From positions 3,232,001-3,296,000 of the forward strand of contig OY969934.1 in NCBI GenBank assembly GCA_963704725.1: a DNA stretch of 64,000 nucleotides. The letters are read 5' to 3'. This DNA comes from an uncultured Actinomycetes bacterium (GTDB lineage Bacteria > Actinomycetota > UBA4738 > HRBIN12). Within the stretch, counting starts at the first letter, position 1. Every line of letters begins with the position of its first letter. The translations under genes were made by a program, and so were the position numbers. Below the pieces are notes generated by a model, which was not told the origin of the DNA, ran no database searches, and saw only the letters and a list, made by a program, of their open reading frames with translations. Shown here piece after piece: positions 59,001-64,000 of the stretch.

Positions 59001-59684
59001 TCAGGTGAGCGATCCGATCACGGTCCGCAGGTCGGCGTCGTCGACCTCGCCGCTGAGGTACTGCACGACCTTGCCGTCAGATCCGACGAAGTACAGGGTC
59101 GGGTACCCCTCGATGCCGAGCACGTTCGCGAGCTTCTGAGTGCCGTCATCGATCGCCGTCGGGGCGACGATGCCGTTGTCCTGCAGGAACACCGCAGGGT
59201 CCGGACCCGGCTGATCCCCGATCGAGGTCACCACGGTCACGAACTGCACGTCCGGGAACTCCGTCATGACCTCGTTCAGCCTCGGAAGCTCAACCTGGCA
59301 GTGGGGGCACCACGGCGCCCACACGGACAGGACGACCGGCCCCCCCGCGTAGTCGCCCCACCGGAAGGTCCCGCCGTCGATGGCCGGGGCGGAGAAGTCG
59401 GGCACGGACTCGCCGGCCGACAGCGGCTGCCCCTGCCGCGCCTGGCCCGAGGTCGTGACGTCGGCCGAGCGCGACGGATGGATCGCCGTGCTCTGCGGGG
59501 CCCCGTCACCGCTCGTCAGCGCGAAGACGGCGATGACCACCACCGCGACGAACGCCGCGCCGCCCAGGACGTAGCCCAGCGTCCGGCGCTGTACCTGTCG
59601 CCGGCGCGCCGACTCCCGCGCCTCAGCGGCGGCCCGCCGTCGCTCCTGCTTGGTCGGGTTCCTGGGCTCCATCGCCTTCGCCAT
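59001..59684 (-). CDS. TlpA-family thiol:disulfide oxidoreductase
   Basis: TM anchor, PDFS, WAPWCPHC..E.P, GYPT.YFV. Confidence 0.9.
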   Translation of the reverse strand: MAKAMEPRNPTKQERRRAAAEARESARRRQVQRRTLGYVLGGAAFVAVVVIAVFALTSGDGAPQSTAIHPSRSADVTTSGQARQGQPLSAGESVPDFSAPAIDGGTFRWGDYAGGPVVLSVWAPWCPHCQVELPRLNEVMTEFPDVQFVTVVTSIGDQPGPDPAVFLQDNGIVAPTAIDDGTQKLANVLGIEGYPTLYFVGSDGKVVQYLSGEVDDADLRTVIGSLT

Positions 59685-60156
59685 CGTCGACCTCCACGTC
59701 GAGGAATCGGTTGTCCAACTGGAGCGGCCCTCGAGGGCGGACCGCCAGGTACACGCCGGACAGGACGATCGGCACGTCGCGCACGATGTCCCACCAGCTC
59801 ACGCCGTCCCCCGCCCCGCCCCCGCCGAAGCACCCGCAGCTGATGTCGAGCCCGCGCGCCTTCGCCTGCGACAGTGCTGCGATGAACATCACCGCCAGAG
59901 CCGCCGTGGCGACGCCGGCGAACCGGACGAAGAGCCCGAGCACGAGCAGGAAGCCGACCGAGATCTCGACCCACGGCAGCACCGCCGCCACGAGACGGAC
60001 CCCGCCGTCAGGGAGCACGTCGTAGGCGCCGACGGCCAGGATCGAGTCCTGGCGGGCGAATGCCTTCGTCAGCCCCGCCCACAGCAGGAGCGCGGCGGGC
60101 AGGGCTCGACACCCCACGCGGAAGGCGAGCTCGGATCGGGACGTCATGGCCTTCAT
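59623..60156 (-). CDS. MauE/DoxX-family membrane protein
   Basis: LPWVE...G.LLVLG, RGLDISCGCFG. Confidence 0.9.
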   Translation of the reverse strand: MKAMTSRSELAFRVGCRALPAALLLWAGLTKAFARQDSILAVGAYDVLPDGGVRLVAAVLPWVEISVGFLLVLGLFVRFAGVATAALAVMFIAALSQAKARGLDISCGCFGGGGAGDGVSWWDIVRDVPIVLSGVYLAVRPRGPLQLDNRFLDVEVDDGEGDGAQEPDQAGATAGRR

Positions 60157-60257
60157 CCTCCCTCATCCTCGGGAAGGCGGGGACGCTCAGCGAAGGTCCT
60201 CCGGCCCCACGCGAGCGGGTCCGGCGGCCCGGCGCGCGACCGCCGGAGCCGGACGGA

Positions 60258-62213
60258 TCAGCTCGGAAGGTGGCGGATCTCCAGGGGCGGGAGGTCGTCG
60301 GCAGGCTCGAAGCCCAGGATCCTCCCGTAGAAGGCGAGCTCGGCCTGGAGCGACCGCACGAGGTTCTCGGCCTTGCGGAAGCCATGCTGTTCGCCCTCGA
60401 ACGCGACGTAGCCGTAGGGGACGTGACGAGCCTCGAGCGCCGCGATCATGATCTCGGCCTGCGAGGGCGGCACGACCACGTCCTCCAGACCCTGCAGGAG
60501 CAGCAGGGGCCGCTCGATCGCGTCGGCACGGTTCACGGGAGACCGCTCCCGCCACAGATCGGCCGCCTCGGGCCACGGCCCCACCAGCTGGTCGGTGTAC
60601 TTCAGCTCGAACTTGTGGGTGTCGGTCGCGAACGGCTCGAGATCCGCCACGCCGTAGTAGCTCACGCCCGCGGCGAACGCTTGCGGATGGAACGCCATCG
60701 AGGCGAGGACCACGTAGCCGCCGGCGCTCCCCCCGGTGACCACGAGACGATCGGGGTCGGCGCGGCCCGTCGCCGCCAGATACCGGGCGGCCGCGATGCA
60801 GTCGCCGACGTCGACGATCCCCCACGTCCCGTACAGCCGCTCCCGGTAGTCGCGCCCGTAGCCCGTGCTTCCCCCGTAGTTCACGTCGACGAAGGCGAAC
60901 CCCCGCGTGGTGAAGTACTGCACGTACGGCTTGAGGTCGGGCGTGGTCTCCGAGGTCGGTCCCCCGTGGGCGCGGACGACGAGGGGAGGCCGCTCGTCCA
61001 CAGGCCCGGTGAACCCGGGGTTGCGCGGCGGGTAGTAGTACGCGTGCGCCGTCCGTCCGTCCTCGGTGGGGAACTCGACCGGCTCGGCAGCCGACACGAA
61101 CGCGTCGTCGACGCCGAGGGCCTCGCCTCGCCGCAGCACCTCGACGCTCCTGGAGGTGAAGTCGAGCACGGCGACCTCGCGCGAGGTGGTGGGACCCGAG
61201 CCGACGAACGCGATCCGGCTCCCGGAGGCGCTCACGTACGGCGGGGAGAAGCACGAGTACGGGACGTCGAGGTCGATCAGCTCGGAGGTCGCCGGGTCGA
61301 GCAGCGCGAGGTGGTGCTCGCCCGATCGCCGGTAGGCGCAGACGATCCGCCCGTCGTCCAGGAACGCGTACGAGGAGTAGCCGAACTCCCAGGCCGGGAC
61401 CCCGAACTCGGCCGCGGCCGGCGTGAGATTCGTCGCCGCGCCGTCCTCCTCGAGCCGGTACAGGTTCCACCACCCCGTGCGGTCCGAGACGACGTGCAGG
61501 ACGTCCTGTGGCGACCACGCGGGCTGGAAGATCGACTCGGCCTCCCCGCCGGCCAGGAGCCGCGGCTCGCCGAGGGCGTCGCCGTCGACGGGCGCGACGA
61601 GGAGCTCCGTGCCGTCCCACGGCATCCGCGGCATGTCCCACCGCAGCCAGGCGAGACGCCCTCCGTCCCGCGAGAAGCGGGGGAAGCCGAAGAAGTCGCT
61701 GCCCGAGGCCACGATCGTGGGCTCGGCGGAGCCGTCGGTGGGAAGGAGGACGAGCTCGTTCAGGGCCAGGCGCTCGACGCCGTGCCGCTCCCGCACGCAG
61801 GCGATCCGGCTCCCGTCGGGCGACACGTCCATGTCCGCGTACCGCAGCGAGCGCCGCTCCCGCGGCTCCGGCGTGATGGGGACCGGGTCCGCCCCGGGAT
61901 CCTGCCGGTACAGGCGCTGGTCGTCGAAGTTCGAGAAGAACGCCGTCTCCCCGGCGACCGCGAAGGCGCCCCCTCCGTACTCGTGTACCAGTGTGCGGAC
62001 GTTGAAGGTGTCCGGCGTGACGTCGCCGCGCCCGCCCGAGGCGTCCGAGCGCACGAGCACGGTCCGGCCGCCCTCCTCGGGCCGGGCCTCGAGCCACCAC
62101 GTCGCGTCGCCGGTGAGCCGCACCATCGAGACGCCCGTCGTGGCCCGCGCCACCGCCTCCGGGCCGAGCGGGGAGGCCCAGGTGCCGAACGGCGCGACGA
62201 CCGGCTCGCTCAC
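60258..62213 (-). CDS. S9-family peptidase (prolyl oligopeptidase/acylaminoacyl peptidase)
   Basis: APFGTWASP, VHEYGG, HGGPT, NYGGSTGYG, GGSAGG, QGLEDVVV, GEQHGFR. Confidence 0.95.
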   Translation of the reverse strand: MSEPVVAPFGTWASPLGPEAVARATTGVSMVRLTGDATWWLEARPEEGGRTVLVRSDASGGRGDVTPDTFNVRTLVHEYGGGAFAVAGETAFFSNFDDQRLYRQDPGADPVPITPEPRERRSLRYADMDVSPDGSRIACVRERHGVERLALNELVLLPTDGSAEPTIVASGSDFFGFPRFSRDGGRLAWLRWDMPRMPWDGTELLVAPVDGDALGEPRLLAGGEAESIFQPAWSPQDVLHVVSDRTGWWNLYRLEEDGAATNLTPAAAEFGVPAWEFGYSSYAFLDDGRIVCAYRRSGEHHLALLDPATSELIDLDVPYSCFSPPYVSASGSRIAFVGSGPTTSREVAVLDFTSRSVEVLRRGEALGVDDAFVSAAEPVEFPTEDGRTAHAYYYPPRNPGFTGPVDERPPLVVRAHGGPTSETTPDLKPYVQYFTTRGFAFVDVNYGGSTGYGRDYRERLYGTWGIVDVGDCIAAARYLAATGRADPDRLVVTGGSAGGYVVLASMAFHPQAFAAGVSYYGVADLEPFATDTHKFELKYTDQLVGPWPEAADLWRERSPVNRADAIERPLLLLQGLEDVVVPPSQAEIMIAALEARHVPYGYVAFEGEQHGFRKAENLVRSLQAELAFYGRILGFEPADDLPPLEIRHLPS

Positions 62214-63067
62214 CACCGGCCGACCATCACGCGCGTCACCTTGAATCCCCGATCGAGCGTGCTCCGAACGTCGACGAACCCGTTCGCCCGCATGACCCGG
62301 GCCACGGCGCGCGCTCGGTCCGGGCTCACCTCGATCAGGAGCCAGCCGCCCGGCTTGAGCCACCCCCCGGCCTCCCCGGCCGCCCGGCCGACCAGGCCGA
62401 GCCCGTCCCGGCTGTGATCGGTGAGCGTGTGGACCGGCTCCCATCGCCGGATCTCGTCCGGCAGGTCGCGCAGCTCCTGCTTCGCCACGTACGGCGGGTG
62501 CAGCGTGATCACGTCCACGTCGCCGGCGAGCGGGCGCGGCAACCCCCCGAAGAGATCGCCCACGACGAACGCCGCATCCAGATCGAGGCGGCGGGCGTTG
62601 CGGCGGGCGACGCGCACGGCCTCGTGCGAGATGTCGGTGCCGAACGCGTGGACGCCTCGAACCTCGTTGGCCACGGCGAGCGCCACGGCGCCGCCGCCGG
62701 TGGCGAGGTCGACGGAGACGGGTTCCCGGCGCCGGCGGAGCCGGCGGACGGCCTGCTCGGCAAGGAACTCGGTCGAGTCGCGCGGCACGAACACACCCGG
62801 TCTGGCCACGATCTCGAGCCCCCGGAACACGGCGAACCCCTTGATGAGCTGCACGGGCTCGCCCTGCACGCGGCGCGCCACCATCCGGTCGAACCGCCGC
62901 CGGGCGGCACCCGGGACCTCCTCGTCGGGGTCGAGGTCGTCGACGCCGAGCGCGTGGCACAGGAGGTCCTCGGCCTCGATCAGCTCGCGGTCCTTCTGCC
63001 AGTGGTCGATCGCGGGAGACGCCCGAAGCGTCCCGACCGCGCGTTCGAGAAGCTCCGACGCGTTCAC
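62210..63067 (-). CDS. HemK/PrmC-family methyltransferase
   Basis: RRVQGEPVQLI.G...F, VFVPR..TE, DLATGGGA, HPPY in place of NPPY, EP..TL...DGL. Confidence 0.85.
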   Translation of the reverse strand: MNASELLERAVGTLRASPAIDHWQKDRELIEAEDLLCHALGVDDLDPDEEVPGAARRRFDRMVARRVQGEPVQLIKGFAVFRGLEIVARPGVFVPRDSTEFLAEQAVRRLRRRREPVSVDLATGGGAVALAVANEVRGVHAFGTDISHEAVRVARRNARRLDLDAAFVVGDLFGGLPRPLAGDVDVITLHPPYVAKQELRDLPDEIRRWEPVHTLTDHSRDGLGLVGRAAGEAGGWLKPGGWLLIEVSPDRARAVARVMRANGFVDVRSTLDRGFKVTRVMVGRW

Positions 63068-63124
63068 GGGCCGCACGGTACCAGGCACGGTGAGCGGGCT
63101 CACGGCCGTGGGACAATCGCTGGC

Positions 63125-63484
63125 ATGCCGAAGACGACCACGCCGAAGTCGCGGAAGACCCGCGCACCGTCCGACGACGTCCGGCTGACCGGCGACCGCA
63201 TCGTCGTCGAGCATCCCGACGACGGCGAGCGCAAGACGCGGGGCGGACTGCTGATCCCGGCGACCGCCGTGCCGGCGCCGAAGCGATGCGTCTGGGGCGT
63301 CGTCGCCCTGGTGGGACCGGACGTGCGGTCGGCCCGGTCCGGTGACCGGATCCTGTACCTGCCCCAGGCCGGGCTCGAGGTGGAGATCGACGGCCGCGAG
63401 TTCCTCCTGCTGCGCGAGCGCGACGTGCAGGCCGTGTCCTCGCCGGCCGACGGCGCCGAGCGCCAGCCCGGCCAGTACCTGTAG
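63125..63484 (+). CDS. groES: Co-chaperonin GroES-like protein
   Basis: GDRIVV, ERKTRGGLLIP.TA, GVVALVGP, GDRILY, LLLRERDV.AV. Confidence 0.8.
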   Translation: MPKTTTPKSRKTRAPSDDVRLTGDRIVVEHPDDGERKTRGGLLIPATAVPAPKRCVWGVVALVGPDVRSARSGDRILYLPQAGLEVEIDGREFLLLRERDVQAVSSPADGAERQPGQYL

Positions 63485-63499
63485 CCCGGACCTCGGCGC

Positions 63500-63904
63500 T
63501 CAGCCGGCGACGAAGGACAGCCGCAGCCGCCGCACGTCGTTGTCGCGGTTGGGGTCGACGAGGACCACGCGCTGCCAGGTGCCGAGGACGAGGCGTCCGC
63601 CCTCCACGGCCAGCACGAGGGAGGGCGACACGAGGACCGGGACCAGGTGGTCCCCGCCGTGACCCACCGAGCCGTGTCGGTGCGCGTAGCGGTCGTCGCG
63701 CGGCACCACCCGTTCCAGCAGCTCCTCGAGGTCCCTCTCGGACCCGGAGCCCGTCTCCATCAGCGCCACGCCCGCCGTGGCGTGCGGCGCGAAGACGTGC
63801 ACCAGCCCGTCGCCGCCACCCGCCGCCGCGAAGGCGGCGACGTCCTCGGTCACGTCGAGCACCCGCCTCCCACGCGTGTCGAGCGTGAGCTCCTCGACCC
63901 GCAC
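63500..63904 (-). CDS. yjbQ: YjbQ/UPF0047 family protein
   Basis: PHATAG, Y.H.HG, DH, LGTWQ. Confidence 0.9.
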   Translation of the reverse strand: MRVEELTLDTRGRRVLDVTEDVAAFAAAGGGDGLVHVFAPHATAGVALMETGSGSERDLEELLERVVPRDDRYAHRHGSVGHGGDHLVPVLVSPSLVLAVEGGRLVLGTWQRVVLVDPNRDNDVRRLRLSFVAG

Positions 63905-63912
63905 GGCGGCCC

Positions 63913-63999
63913 TCAGATCGCGGGCGGCCCGGGCGGAGGCGGCGGGGGGGGCGGGGCGGGCGGCGACCCCGAGGACGGCGCCGGCCCCTGCGCGAGCGT
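63913..63999 (-). CDS. Pro-rich C-terminus of a gene that starts beyond the window
   Basis: ...TLAQGPAPSSGSPPAPPPPPPPPGPPAI then TGA at 63913-63915. Confidence 0.5.
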   Translation of the reverse strand, partial: TLAQGPAPSSGSPPAPPPPPPPPGPPAI

Positions 64000-64000
64000 G

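Overview
Very GC-rich, gene-dense bacterial DNA. Codon usage, gene families and many leaderless TANNNT-type promoters point to Actinomycetota, probably an uncultured lineage (inference). About 60 CDSs are supportable; I saw no rRNA, tRNA, CRISPR array, transposase or integrase. Main blocks: (i) 1-27.2 kb, amine/polyamine uptake and catabolism genes (BetI-like TetR, acyl-CoA dehydrogenase, two PotD-like binding proteins, PotABC, flavin amine oxidase, aldehyde dehydrogenase, enoyl-CoA hydratase, ADP-forming acyl-CoA ligase) that share a palindromic operator TTGWACG-N2-CGTWCAA, interspersed with csaA, trpS, bioY, lhgO, a frameshifted dimethylglycine-oxidase-like gene and two lower-GC inserts; (ii) 27-51 kb, mixed housekeeping/accessory genes (MMPL+TetR, tdh-kbl, two-component system+cupredoxin, DEAD helicase, ade, tkt, KamA, two phosphoesterases, sulfatase); (iii) 51-55 kb, Moco genes including a MogA-XdhC fusion; (iv) 54.9-58.6 kb, the most novel-looking element: a candidate cyclic-nucleotide-controlled peptide-processing module made of an RRE-like/M50 site-2 protease/2x cNMP-binding protein, a B-box-like Zn-finger protein, an unannotated 39-aa Lys/Ala-rich peptide behind tandem CRP boxes (one at -41.5), and a Crp regulator; (v) 59-64 kb, TlpA/MauE, S9 peptidase, HemK-like methyltransferase, GroES-like protein and YjbQ. 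All product calls come from motif recognition by eye, not database searches.
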